This document shows positions 9,638 through 19,724 of a DNA stretch of 32,000 nt, in pieces. This DNA comes from Wolbachia endosymbiont strain TRS of Brugia malayi (GTDB lineage Bacteria > Pseudomonadota > Alphaproteobacteria > Rickettsiales > Anaplasmataceae), in assembly GCF_000008385.1 (NCBI RefSeq), contig NC_006833.1, positions 330,001-362,000 of the forward strand, read 5' to 3'. The translations under genes and the position numbers were made by a program. Below the pieces are notes generated by a model. The model was not told where the DNA came from, ran no database searches, and saw only the letters and a program-made list of their open reading frames with translations. How positions within the stretch are numbered: the stretch's first letter is position 1; each line of letters begins with the position of its first letter.

Positions 9638-11946
9638 ACCTAGTATTGCTAAAACCCTAAACTTCATCCAGTTCTACTAGCAATTTAACAACTTCTGAAT
9701 GATCAGAGTCATAATGTTTCTTAAAGATAGATAAAGCCTACTCAAGTAACTCCTTTTCTTGTGTTTACCTAAAGCTCTATGAACAATACCTAGGTTTGCA
9801 AGTATAATAGCAACTTTAAAATGGTCAGTTCCATAATATTTTTCAAAAATAGGTAAAGCCCGTTCGGGCAACTCCTGTTGTTTTTTGGGGTTACCTAAGC
9901 TAAAGTATCCATGACTTATCAATATTAACAAATACACAAGATAATCCTTCTCCATTGTCTGTTTTTTAAAGGATTTTCTTCTAGCCAATTATCTATATGT
10001 GATAAGAACGTTTCTAAATGCGGCAATAATTGTTGTTTCTAAGTATAATCTTCTAATTTATCCTGTCTTCAGGGAAGCTTTCTTTTAATAATTGAAAAAC
10101 AGTTTTTATATCTCTTTTAATTTTTCTACTTTCCTCTGACTTTAGCCTAATTGTATCTTGTACTAAACAGCGAATAAAGATACTCTCTCTGTTCATCGGA
10201 TACTAGCATCGAATATCTCAATAATATACCTAATACTTCTTTTCAAAAGGTTTTTTCAGAATTACTCTCTACAACTCTAGGAAATATTCTTGGCAAATTT
10301 TTGAGAATATCATTGTCTAAATATGCACAGGCTACTAACAACTTGCTTACTAGTTTAGGTTCATTACAAATTGCATTCATTGTAATATTTAAGTAATAAA
10401 CACAGGCTTATGGTTAGAATCCTTAGGCAGGGTTTTATAAGATAATAAATAAAGCTTCCTTTCTGCATAAATTTCTAAGTAACGTAAGATAGTCATTTTA
10501 TTTTCTTTGATGTAAGTGCAGGCCTGAGCCAAAGCCAAAGGTAATCTACTTAATTTTTCTGCTTAATGTGCCTATTTTTGGCCTAGCACTTTCTGAAACA
10601 CGACCTAGAATTTTCTTAACGTATGATTCTGATTCTGGAGGAGTAAAAACGTCTACACCTATACTTCCTTATGACCATTCAGTATTATGGAACGTAACTA
10701 TTATTTTACTGCCTTTTGTAGGCCTTAATTTAGAAATGACTTCATAATTTGGTACATTATCATAAATCAACAACTAGACTTCACGTTTAGAATCTTCTAG
10801 CCAGTTTTTCACATAATAAGCTCGCTGTGTAGTAGGAACTTTGTCCTCATCGTTAATAATGTTTAATGTTCTTCCAACTTAACGTACTCACTGGTTGGCT
10901 GATTTTTGTCTTTTGTATTAAACTAACATACTCTCTTGTATTCTTTTCATGTTTTTGAATAAAGTTTAGCACTGACTGTGTTTTACCTATTCCACCTAGA
11001 CTGTACAGAGCAGTTAATATGACAGGCTCATTTTCCGTTTTTAGATGATCTAATATTTTTTCATTGAGGTATTCTCGTTCAATGAAATTTCTACTATCTA
11101 TTTTAGGTGGAATGTTCCACTGTTCAAATAGACTCTCTCTAGGTTTGAGACTATAAAGGTGTTTTATAGCTTCCTTAAAATAATCATCTTTTCTTGTTAG
11201 ATAAGAAACTTAGCTATCCTATTATTCCCACCATTTTCTATCTTCCCGCGTGCAAAGTAAAAACCATATCAATGTCTTTCTTGTCTGATATTTTGTATAT
11301 ATTCCCTATTTCTTTCTTAATGATATCATCTAATTTTGAGTGGTTAGGTTGATTAACTATAAACCTTATTCTAAGTAGAAAATCTTCTATTTTATTATCA
11401 CTATCACAACTGAATTATTTTTTCAGTTTAGTATGATTTTTTATTTTGTAGCATGTTCCTTTTTGACCTTCATAGATGCTTAAAATATTATTATCTGTTA
11501 GACTCTTCCAAATACTTCTCTAATATCTCTATGTTATATTACTTTGCTTGACCTTTTTTTAAATTCACGTTGACATTAGTATGAATGACAAGTGTAGTAT
11601 TACTGTCTTGAAATTCAGTGTTTTACTTAGTCTTAAGTAAGATTCAAAAAAATATTTGTTTAATCCGAAATCCTCTTTCTGCCGCTTTCCATCGTTTCTA
11701 TCAGTAAACAAACCTTTAAAGGTAATATTTTTTGGGGCACTATGTGTTATTGCAGTGCTTAGCTTGAACCAGGACAATTCTCAATTTATTTTCCTAATTT
11801 TTATACTCAAAAGAAATATCATCAAAGGCTCTAAAACCTCCTATGTTTTATGCTAACCAAAAGTCAATTTCACCACTTAGCCCGTGGAGTAGGTACAGCA
11901 TTGATAATTTTACTTCATACTTACGACCTTTATCACCTCTTGACAT
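9638..11946 (-). pseudogene. pseudogenised STAND NTPase: PD-(D/E)xK/Cap4-like nuclease N-terminus + NB-ARC-type P-loop NTPase + kinesin-light-chain-type TPR repeats
   Basis: Minus-strand translation across frames gives these segments. From ATG 11946: MSRGDKGRKYEVKLSMLYLLHGLSGEIDFWLA*..RAFDDISFEYKN*ENKLRIVLVQAKH. Walker A near 10977-11003: EPVILTALYSLGGIGKTQSVLNF. Walker B near 10754-10775: *LLIYDNV. Then SKIIVTFHNTEW, and near 10480-10545 LPLALAQACTYIKENKMTILRYLEIY. TPRs at 9677-9990: LGNPKKQQELPERALPIFEKYYGTDHFKVAIILANLGIVHRALGKHKK. More than a dozen in-frame stops or frame changes interrupt it. The only long open piece is ORF 9677..9988. Confidence 0.7.
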
Positions 11947-12146
11947 GCCAGCTCTTTTCTTAAATGTAGGATTAACAAGTACTTCAAACTGTTTATTTTC
12001 TATGTTGATATCCTACTAAATCTACAAGTAACTCCGTCCTATAAAAAATTAAAGATTACCAGATACCTAAAATAATGCAATAGAATCTTTAGTGTTTTGA
12101 TAGAAGGCCTTTGAGAATAGGGATTGCTTGTAACTCTTAATTTGAA

Positions 12147-12996
12147 AAGATTTCTTAGGTCTTGTCGACATTAAGAGTAGTGATATAATGGAACCTTTAG
12201 TTATGAGGTAAAGAGAATACTATAATATTTAAAGGATGAGCAATAGAAGAAGATATAAAGACAGTCTGCTAGGTAAGAAAGTGGGTAAAGGAAGAAGTAC
12301 ACAAAAATAACAGGAAATTCATAGTTGCGGTAATGTGGATAGGTAGAACAGGAGCAACATGGAGAGCATTACCAGCTGGGTTGGAAAATGGTCGAGATAC
12401 ATAAATGTTTTATAAGATAGGAAAAACTGGTATTTGGCAGATGATTTTCAATACATTAGCTGTTAATAAAGACCGGAATGGCTCATGATAGGCTCAACAG
12501 TAATCAGAGCACATCAATATGCTGCTGTTACAGGAAAAAATGTGGAAACTAGTAGATAAGAACAAAAGCTGGGGCGATACAGAGGAGGCTTTTCAAGTAA
12601 ATTACGCGCTGCTTGTGATGCTCTTGGTAATCTACTGAAGTTTTTCGTTACTGCTGGCCAGGGATCTAATTATTCAAAAGCTTTAGATCTGATAGATGAC
12701 AGATATATGGAAGCACTTATTGCTGATAGAAGCTACGATGCAAATTACGTGGTTGGGGCAGCGAAAGCTGTGAACGTTGAATCTGTTACTCCATCACGTT
12801 CCAATAGAAAATACCAAGAGAATATGATAAAGAGTTATATAAAGAGAGGAATTTAATTGAGAGAATGTTTAACAAAATCAAGCATTTCCGTAGAGTTACC
12901 ACTCGTTATAACAAACTAGCTATGGCATTTTATCATTTGTTCATCTCACTAGTATATATCTCTAGCTGAAATAAATATCGACACTACCTAAATCTA
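12147..12996 (+). mobile_element. degenerate IS5-family insertion sequence with inactivated DDE transposase
   Basis: Imperfect terminal inverted repeats are agatttcttaggtcttgtcgacatt (left, from 12147) and the reverse complement of aatatcgacactacctaaatct (right, to 12996). Broken-frame translation from ATG 12236 gives AVMWIGRTGATWRALPAG, EWLMIGSTVIRAHQYAA, LGRYRGGFSSKLRAACDALGNLLKFFVTAGQGSNYSKALDLIDD...ALIADRSYDANY...SRSNRK, and YKERNLIERMFNKIKHFRRVTTRYNKLAMAF. These are the canonical IS5-family blocks. Several stops and frameshifts are present. Confidence 0.75.
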
Positions 12997-13062
12997 ATAT
13001 ATCATTGCTGCGGGCTACGTTTGGTAATATAATCTCATATTAAATATACGTTACTTAAGTTT

Positions 13063-15720
13063 ATGTCAGGTTTTACTATAATTTTAACAACTATTCTTAT
13101 ATTTTTCATTTTTGTATTGTCGTTTTTTTTTAAAAGGACGTTTGGGTCAATAAATAAAAAGATAATAAAATCCTTCAGAAAGATTGTTGAACAAATTAAT
13201 GCACTAGAGACAAAAATGCAGAGTTTATCCGACGAGGAGCTTGCTGATAAAACCGAGGAATTCAAACGGGAATTGAAAAATGGAAAAACATTAAATGATC
13301 TTCTTGTACCCGCATTTGCAGTTGTGCGTGAAGCCTCTCGCAGGTTTCTTAATATGAGACACTTCGACGTTCAACTAATTGGTGGGATGGTCCTTCATAA
13401 TGGCATGGTATCAGAAATGAAAACAGGAGAGGGGAAGACACTCGTTGCAACCTTAGCTGCATACCTAAATTCCTTAGAAGGAAAAGGCGTGCATGTCGTG
13501 ACTGTTAACGACTACCTTGCAAAACGAGATACAGAATGGATGAGTAAATTGTATAACTCTCTTGGAGTTTCTGTTGCATTTATCACGAATGATTTGACGG
13601 ATGAAGAAAGGAAAGAGGCTTATAGTGCAGATATCGTATATTCAACAAACAATGAACTTGCCTTTGATTACTTGCGGGACAATATGAAATTTTCTCGAGA
13701 AGATATGGTTCAGAGAGGCTTCAATTATGCGATAGTAGATGAAGTGGATTCCATATTAATTGATGAGGCGCGTACTCCACTTATTATTTCTGGCCCGGTT
13801 GAGGAAAACAATCAAATATATAAGCACATAGATAAAATAGTTACTAAATTAGTTGACTCTGATTATGAAGTAGACGAAAAGGGTAGGGCAGTATTCCTCA
13901 CTGAAGATGGTATTTCACAAGTAGAGGAACTACTCAGGTCATATAATCTCATTTCTGAAAAATCCTCGCTCTATGATGCTGGCAACATGATAATGACTCA
14001 TTATATAGACCAAGCATTGCGTGCGCATAAGCTGTTCACTGCTGATAAAGATTATATAGTAAAGGATGGCAAGGTGGTAATTATTGATGAGTTTACTGGG
14101 CGTATGATGGAAGGCAGGAGATATTCTGATGGTCTTCACCAGGCACTTGAAGCGAAAGAGAATCTTGAAATTCAGTATGAAAACCAAACTTTAGCATCGG
14201 TCACGTTTCAGAATTACTTTCGTATGTACAATAAGCTTTCTGGTATGACGGGAACAGCGGCAACAGAGGCAGAAGAGCTTCGCGATATATATAGACTAAA
14301 TGTAGTGAAAATTCCCACTAACGTGACTGTAAAAAGAATAGATGTTGATGATGAAATTTATGGTACAGAAAAAGAAAAATTTAATGCTGTGTTGAAGTTT
14401 ATAAAAGAATGCCACAAACGCCTTCAACCGGTCCTCGTTGGTACGGTAAGCATTGAAAACTCTGAAAAACTTTCTGCACTTTTGCGAAATCATTTTCTTA
14501 GGCATTCAGTATTGAACGCTCGTTATCACGAACAGGAAGCATACATAATAGCACAAGCTGGAGTACCAGGTAATATTACTATAGCAACTAACATGGCAGG
14601 ACGTGGAACTGATATTCAGCTTGGCGGAAATGCTGAAATGATAGCAAAAGTAGAGCTGAAAAAGATCAAAAATGCTGATGAAAGAGAAAAAAAGTACCAA
14701 GAAATAATCGAAAGAGTAAAAAGAGATAAAGAAATTGCTATGAAAGCTGGCGGTTTATGTGTTATTGGAACCGAAAGGCATGAAAGCAGGAGGATAGATG
14801 ATCAATTACGTGGCCGTTCTGGACGTCAAGGTGATCCTGGACTTTCTAAGTTCTTTTTATCGCTTGAAGATGATTTAATGAGAATATTTGGCTCTGATAG
14901 AATGAGAAGCTTTTTAAAAAGAGTGGGGCTAAAGAACAACGAAGCTATTCATCACCCATGGATCAATAAAGCACTGGAGAAAGCGCAGAAGAAAGTTGAA
15001 GCTAGAAACTATGATGTGCGAAAATCCCTACTTAAGTTTGATGATGTGATCAATAACCAACGCAAAGTTATTTTTGAACAGAGAAACCACATTTTAGGCA
15101 ATGAAATTAATGATCTGTTTGAAGTGTATAGTGAAGTAAATAAGAGTGTGATGGAAAGTATAGTACAAGGTGGTTATTACGAAGATTATGTTGAAGATAT
15201 AGCCAAAGAATTTCATATAAGGTATGGAATAACACTTGATAAAAAAGACTTGGCGAAATTTTTGAACAAACAGGAAGCTTTGGATTATATAAATGGCAAG
15301 GTAAAAGAATTCTTTACTGAGAAAGAAAAATATTTCAATGGCCAGCAGACTACAGATTTGTGGAATACTATAGTAAAGCAAGTAATGATCATGACACTTG
15401 ATCATTTATGGAGGGAACACCTTTCAATTCTGGAGAGCTTAAGGCAAAGCATAGGTTTACGCGCTATGGGGCAGAAGGACCCACTGAATGAATTTAAACG
15501 TGAGGCTTTCTTGATATTTGAGTGTATGCTTGAAAGGGGGAAGGAGCTTACCATTCATCGTCTAGCGCACTTTAAGTTGGTAGATAACCAAGAAGTAGGT
15601 GGTAGGTTGCACCCTACTAGAAAAGACAATCTTCCCAAAGTCTCAAGAAACGATAAATGCCCTTGTAACTCAGGAAAAAAGTACAAACACTGCCACGGTG
15701 CGGTTACTGTGATGAATTAG
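13063..15720 (+). CDS. secA: preprotein translocase ATPase subunit SecA
   Basis: 885-aa ORF with DEAD-motor motifs ([43 protein letters not shown]) and the C-terminal zinc-binding tail [14 protein letters not shown]. The canonical N-terminus ([15 protein letters not shown]) begins at the in-frame TTG at 13117. The 18 hydrophobic codons between ATG 13063 and 13117 are probably not translated. Confidence 0.97.
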   Translation: MSGFTIILTTILIFFIFVLSFFFKRTFGSINKKIIKSFRKIVEQINALETKMQSLSDEELADKTEEFKRELKNGKTLNDLLVPAFAVVREASRRFLNMRHFDVQLIGGMVLHNGMVSEMKTGEGKTLVATLAAYLNSLEGKGVHVVTVNDYLAKRDTEWMSKLYNSLGVSVAFITNDLTDEERKEAYSADIVYSTNNELAFDYLRDNMKFSREDMVQRGFNYAIVDEVDSILIDEARTPLIISGPVEENNQIYKHIDKIVTKLVDSDYEVDEKGRAVFLTEDGISQVEELLRSYNLISEKSSLYDAGNMIMTHYIDQALRAHKLFTADKDYIVKDGKVVIIDEFTGRMMEGRRYSDGLHQALEAKENLEIQYENQTLASVTFQNYFRMYNKLSGMTGTAATEAEELRDIYRLNVVKIPTNVTVKRIDVDDEIYGTEKEKFNAVLKFIKECHKRLQPVLVGTVSIENSEKLSALLRNHFLRHSVLNARYHEQEAYIIAQAGVPGNITIATNMAGRGTDIQLGGNAEMIAKVELKKIKNADEREKKYQEIIERVKRDKEIAMKAGGLCVIGTERHESRRIDDQLRGRSGRQGDPGLSKFFLSLEDDLMRIFGSDRMRSFLKRVGLKNNEAIHHPWINKALEKAQKKVEARNYDVRKSLLKFDDVINNQRKVIFEQRNHILGNEINDLFEVYSEVNKSVMESIVQGGYYEDYVEDIAKEFHIRYGITLDKKDLAKFLNKQEALDYINGKVKEFFTEKEKYFNGQQTTDLWNTIVKQVMIMTLDHLWREHLSILESLRQSIGLRAMGQKDPLNEFKREAFLIFECMLERGKELTIHRLAHFKLVDNQEVGGRLHPTRKDNLPKVSRNDKCPCNSGKKYKHCHGAVTVMN

Positions 15721-15800
15721 TAACACCGCTGGTTGCTTGCTCACATATGCTAATCTCTTTTAACGTGTTTGATAGATTTTGTGATTCCTCTTTTGTTTTT

Positions 15801-16240
15801 TTAGGAAGATCTAGGCTCTTTCTCTAATGACCTCATTAATTTCTTAATTTTATTTGATACAATAGCTATTCCAATTGCAGCTACAATTAGGAATAATAGT
15901 GCTGTAACCACTATAGCTAATAAAGAATTTGCTGTAATTGGTAAAGATAACAGGGAATCTATTTTAGTTATTGGGGCAGCACAACAAGGCCAATTCCAGT
16001 TACGGTACTTCCAATAGATAAGCCACCTAGGCATATAACGACTTTTATGGTTCGCTTAATTGCAATTATGTGGACCTTGGGGTGAGTGAGTTTGTTATGA
16101 GAGCTGCAATTAACGTTACTACAGAGATGCTATCAACGATCCACCTTTATCAAAGGTGAAAGACTGATCAAGGTACTTAGTGTAAGACCTATTAAGATGC
16201 TTACTATAGCTTCTATTATTTCTGCTATTCCCACTATCAT
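15801..16240 (-). pseudogene. fragmented small membrane protein gene
   Basis: The minus strand from ATG 16240 reads MIVGIAEIIEAIVSILIGLTLSTLISLSPLIKVDR*. Hydrophobic segments then continue in other frames (IVDSISVVTLIAALITNSL..., then ORF 16034..15801 ...LLAIVVTALLFLIVAAIGIAIVSNKIKKLMRSLEKE). This pattern suggests frameshift decay of one gene. Confidence 0.35.
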
Positions 16241-16459
16241 TAAATAATTCGAACTAAACACTTTGCTCCTTTTTTATACTTACAGTTTTTTAGGTTTATC
16301 TTGTATTCTAAAATTTATATAAGTATTTTGCATGCTATAAACAGTATTTCATCAGTTTATTTTATAGAACTGTTAGTTCTCAGTTTAGTGCTATTTGCGT
16401 AAGTTCCAAGTGCAAGTGTCAAGCTAATCAGATTATAGTAGGTAATGCAAAAAGACTAA

Positions 16460-17455
16460 TTAGCGCTCTTTATTATTGGTATCGTCTTCAGTAAAAGCTT
16501 CCTCCCATGTGCCTTGGGTTGCTGCACGGCTATATTCTGTTACTCTATTTTCAAAGAAATTCGTATGTTCAACACCATTTAGTATTTCATCAAGCCAAGG
16601 AAGAGGGTTGTCATTAATATCATATATGGGCTTCAGGCCCAATTGCATTAACCGTCTGTTTGCTATATAGCGTATGTAATTACGTACTTCTTCTGCAGAT
16701 AGTCCTTCAACGTCTCCTAGGTCAAAGGCAAGCTTTATGAATTCATCTTCAAGTCCAACGATAGTGCGACATGCAGAATATAGTCCCTCTTTGAACTCAT
16801 CATTCCAAATTTCATTATTCTCTTTAATAAACGTATTGAATAAATTGATAATTGAGTTGGTATGCAAGGTTTCATCACGTGCTGACCAGGCGATTATTTG
16901 TCCCATGCCTTTCATTTTTCCAAAGCGTTGGAAATTGAGCAAAATTGCAAATGATGCAAATAACTGCAATCCTTCGGTGAATGCACCAAATACTGCCAGA
17001 GTTTTGGCCACATGCTTTTTATCGTGTTTTTTACTTTCCTCAAATTCTAGCATATATTCATATTTCTTTCTCATAGCATCATATTTTAAAAATGCTTGAT
17101 ATTCACTTTCTGGCATACCAATTGTGTCTAAAAGATAAGAATAAGCTGCAATGTGTATGGTTTCCATGTTGGAAAAGCTTGCGAGCATCATACATATTTC
17201 TGTTGGTTTAAATATGTTTGAATAATGCCTCATGTAGCAGTTGTTTACTTCAATGTCTGCTTGAGTGAAGAACCTAAAAATCTGAGTCAGTAAATTTTTT
17301 TCCACATTCAAGAGTTTAATTTTCCAATCTTTCACGTCATCAGCAAGCGGAACTTCTTCGGGTATCCAATGTATTCTTTGCTGCTGTAACCAAGCATCAT
17401 ACGCCCAAGGGTAATTAAAAGGTTTATATATTGGATCTGCTTCTAACAATGACAT
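16460..17455 (-). CDS. nrdB: ribonucleoside-diphosphate reductase, beta (R2) subunit, class Ia
   Basis: 331-aa ORF with R2 di-iron and radical-site blocks: FFTQADIEV, SFSNMETIHIAAYSYLLDT, FTEGLQLFASFAILL, ARDETLH. Confidence 0.95.
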   Translation of the reverse strand: MSLLEADPIYKPFNYPWAYDAWLQQQRIHWIPEEVPLADDVKDWKIKLLNVEKNLLTQIFRFFTQADIEVNNCYMRHYSNIFKPTEICMMLASFSNMETIHIAAYSYLLDTIGMPESEYQAFLKYDAMRKKYEYMLEFEESKKHDKKHVAKTLAVFGAFTEGLQLFASFAILLNFQRFGKMKGMGQIIAWSARDETLHTNSIINLFNTFIKENNEIWNDEFKEGLYSACRTIVGLEDEFIKLAFDLGDVEGLSAEEVRNYIRYIANRRLMQLGLKPIYDINDNPLPWLDEILNGVEHTNFFENRVTEYSRAATQGTWEEAFTEDDTNNKER

Positions 17456-17587
17456 AGAACACCTATTATTTTCTGAAGTAAATAATTATATTAAGCGATA
17501 TCAAAAATCAGTCAATTTAACTTTTACAAAATTTGACGACAGATAATTTATTAGTGTATTGTAACTTTAAGCTATTTATTAATAGAG

Positions 17588-17923
17588 ATGCGAGTACTAA
17601 TATTTCTTGTTTTGTTGTTTTTAGTAAGCTGTCACACTATTCACAATCACGGAGCTCCAGGCATTAGTATTGAATTGTGGAACAAGATAAAAGTAGGTGA
17701 TGATAAAGAAAAAGTGATTCACACTTTAGGATCACCGACATTGATATCTAAATTCGATGAACATATCTGGTACTATATCTCATATAAAATTAAACAGATT
17801 AATTTCTTAGGAAAGAGAAAATATAGTAGTAAATCTCTGCAAATTTCATTCGATCAGGATGATAAAGTTACAAGTGTAGAAGAAATTGACGTTTTAGAGA
17901 GGTCTTTGGCTGTTGTTGATTGA
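17588..17923 (+). CDS. bamE: outer-membrane lipoprotein, BamE (SmpA/OmlA) family
   Basis: 111 aa with a lipoprotein signal peptide and lipobox (LLFLVSC). This is followed by IELWNKIKVGDDKEKVIHTLGSPTLISKFDEHIWYYISY...KSLQISFDQDDKVTSVE, which fits the SmpA/OmlA fold pattern (G.t..qV...lG.P......w.Y...). Confidence 0.6.
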   Translation: MRVLIFLVLLFLVSCHTIHNHGAPGISIELWNKIKVGDDKEKVIHTLGSPTLISKFDEHIWYYISYKIKQINFLGKRKYSSKSLQISFDQDDKVTSVEEIDVLERSLAVVD

Positions 17924-17981
17924 AAATTTGCTGCTGTGGAGTTTCTTTATAAAAAATGAAATTTTACTGTGCACTACTGAT

Positions 17982-18004
17982 GTTATTCCAGTGTATGACA
18001 CACA
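17982..18004. repeat. short palindromic repeat unit, intergenic copy
   Basis: The sequence gttattccagtgtatgacacaca is related to tcattccagtgcttgacactg at 22782. Confidence 0.4.
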
Positions 18005-18064
18005 ACTGCACGAATATTGTGATTTGATATAGACCAGATAGCTCATAGAAATGCAAAAATTTGC

Positions 18065-18092
18065 TTGACAGGTTTAATAGTCTTCTTATCAT
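18065..18092 (+). promoter_or_regulatory. candidate sigma70-type promoter at the outer edge of repeat copy A
   Basis: TTGACA (18065-18070), a 16-nt spacer, then TATCAT (18087-18092). The TTGACA is conserved in copy B (reverse complement of 26813-26818), but the -10 is not (tatccc). AT-rich genomes give many chance matches. Confidence 0.2.
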
Positions 18093-18763
18093 AGTATTAA
18101 AGCTATTTATTTATCTTCATAATCTGTGCAGGTCAATGACAAAAAATTTAGGGTATTAGGTGTATTATATTTAATTTTTTGTACTATATGTACCTTATGT
18201 CTTTGTAAATCTGGGTTTTTATCTATATAAGCATGAAATATGCTTATATAGCGTTTAAGATAGTAGAAAATGTCAAATTGATAAGGGAATACTTGAATAC
18301 TAGCTATCTTAGGGTTTTTTGCCTTTTTTCCTGCTTAGATAAGTTTCTTAACATTAGGTTAGATAAAAATAGCCGAATCACAGCGTTTAGAATAGAAAAC
18401 GCCAATATTTGAGGTACATATGGATAACTAGCCAACCACAGGGGTTTCTTTTACCTTCTTTTCTATTTGTTAAATTTCTTAGTATTTGTAGCTGAAGCAA
18501 TTTAGGAACAAACGAAAATAGTGTCACGCACTAGTATGACAAGAAGAGGGTACTGGAATGACAGGAGAAGGAAGCACTGAGGTAACAAATAAAGAGATAT
18601 TAGAATTACACTCTTCCCCTTTAGACGGTTAAATCACGACATTTATGTAGTCATGTGTCAGCTATTTTCATGACAGGAAGAAAGTGCTGAATTACGTATC
18701 CATTCAGCGGAGTAGCTATTTTGTAGCTACCATCATTCAGCTACTTGTCAGCAAGATCTAGAG

Positions 18764-18786
18764 ATACCGCGAATGAATCGCGGTAT
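18764..18786. repeat. perfect 9-bp-stem hairpin at the inner end of repeat copy A (counterpart 26311..26333)
   Basis: The sequence ataccgcga-atgaa-tcgcggtat forms the hairpin. Copy B has ataccgcga-ttcat-ttgcggtat, with one stem mismatch. No T-run follows, so it is not a canonical intrinsic terminator. Confidence 0.6.
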
Positions 18787-18898
18787 GATGAACTATGCCC
18801 AGTGCGTGACGCTATAAAAGAAAACAGTGTTACTGCTTGGATGATATGTGTGTTACAAGATTTTACCCGTTTAAAATAAAGTCTAGTATTACTTCATG

Positions 18899-19513
18899 CT
18901 AAATGTGGTAGTATTCAATGGGCAAGTCGGTTATAGGGCTGCATTTTATATGCTGCACGCATTGCGTTATCGCTATTGACCTAAAAAGTGGATTATTTTT
19001 ATAGGAACTACTGTCTGCTACATCAGCCATGATTATTTCGCCTTGATTGGATAATAATAAGTTAATTTTTATACTAAAATTCTCTTTGTAAGCTATGCTT
19101 TCAGGAAAGTTCCAGTATTTTGTAAGCTTGTTTCTTAATAGAGTCAATAAATTTTTGCTATGACTAACTCATTCTTTTTATTGTCGATACTTTTTTCGCT
19201 TTTTATTTCTCTAGGCTTTGCAATATCTCTCGATTTTTCATCTACGCTTTTTTTTTCTTCTTGGAACCTGAGTAGATTCTTCACTTTTGTCAATAGTGAC
19301 TTCTTCTTGCATTTCAATGATTTGCCTAAGTTGTACTGTTTTTGTTTCATAGTAGCAGTACTGAGTTGCTCAACTATCTTTTTTTTCTTTGTGTGTAGGA
19401 ACAAATTCTGTTATTGACGTATCATTTGTATGGCCTTTTGCTGAAAGTAATGAAAAAAGCAAAACACAACATAAGGATAGAAAAGGAACATAGTTAGAAC
19501 AAAGAAAACGCAT
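18899..19513 (-). pseudogene. TolA/TonB-like envelope protein gene split into three pieces
   Basis: Piece 1 (19513-19370) is MRFLCSNYVPFLSLCCVLLFSLLSAKGHTNDTSITEFVPTHKEKKDS*, a signal or TM anchor. Piece 2 (ORF 19404..19144) is Lys/Glu-rich (KKKSLLTKVKNLLRFQEEKKSVDEKSRDIAKPREIKSEKSIDNKKNE). Piece 3 (ORF 19147..18899) is LRNKLTKYWNFPESIAYKENFSIKINLLLSNQGEIIMADVADSSSYKNNPLFRSIAI..., which resembles a TolA/TonB C-terminal domain. The frame change between pieces 1 and 2 falls in an A8 run (plus-strand T8 at 19379-19386). Confidence 0.45.
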
Positions 19514-19724
19514 ATGTTGAAATCTACTTTACTGGTTTAAAGCTAATATTGTGCATAAAGTTAATATATTTCAGTTAGTTTGCTGTGAAATACCCTACCA
19601 CCAAAGCAAACAAAAGACCCTGGTGTTGTAAAATTATTATAGCTGATTTAAACTTGCAGTGGCTGCACCTTGCTAGTATGAAATAATCAACTTTAGGAAC
19701 ATGAAGCTACTGTTAGGAAACAGG

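Larger units (their letters stand above)
18012..18815 (+). repeat. copy A of a diverged non-coding inverted-repeat pair (partner 26228..26870)
   Basis: Collinear anchor blocks are shared with the reverse complement of 26228-26870: gaatattgtgattt; tagctcaYagaaa; cttgaca; atctgtgcag; tttaattttttgYactatatgtaccttatgtctt (35 nt, 1 mismatch); ctatataag; gcttataWagcgttta; ttttgcctttttt; atttcttaRWatttgtagctgaa; tctagagataccgcRaatgaatcgcggtatga. No ORF of 60 aa or more in any frame. Copy A carries an extra ~200 bp nested insert bounded by inverted palindromic units at 18521-18540 and 18795-18812. Confidence 0.75.

Noticed and set aside
13035-15405. Minus-strand ORFs within secA (13035..13265, 13939..14187, 14296..14700, 15094..15405).
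   Set aside because: They are antisense to secA and rich in Phe/Ile/Tyr, as expected from reading AT-rich coding DNA backwards.
16476-17099. Plus-strand ORFs 16476..16670 and 16737..17099 inside nrdB.
   Set aside because: They are antisense shadows of the well-supported nrdB CDS.
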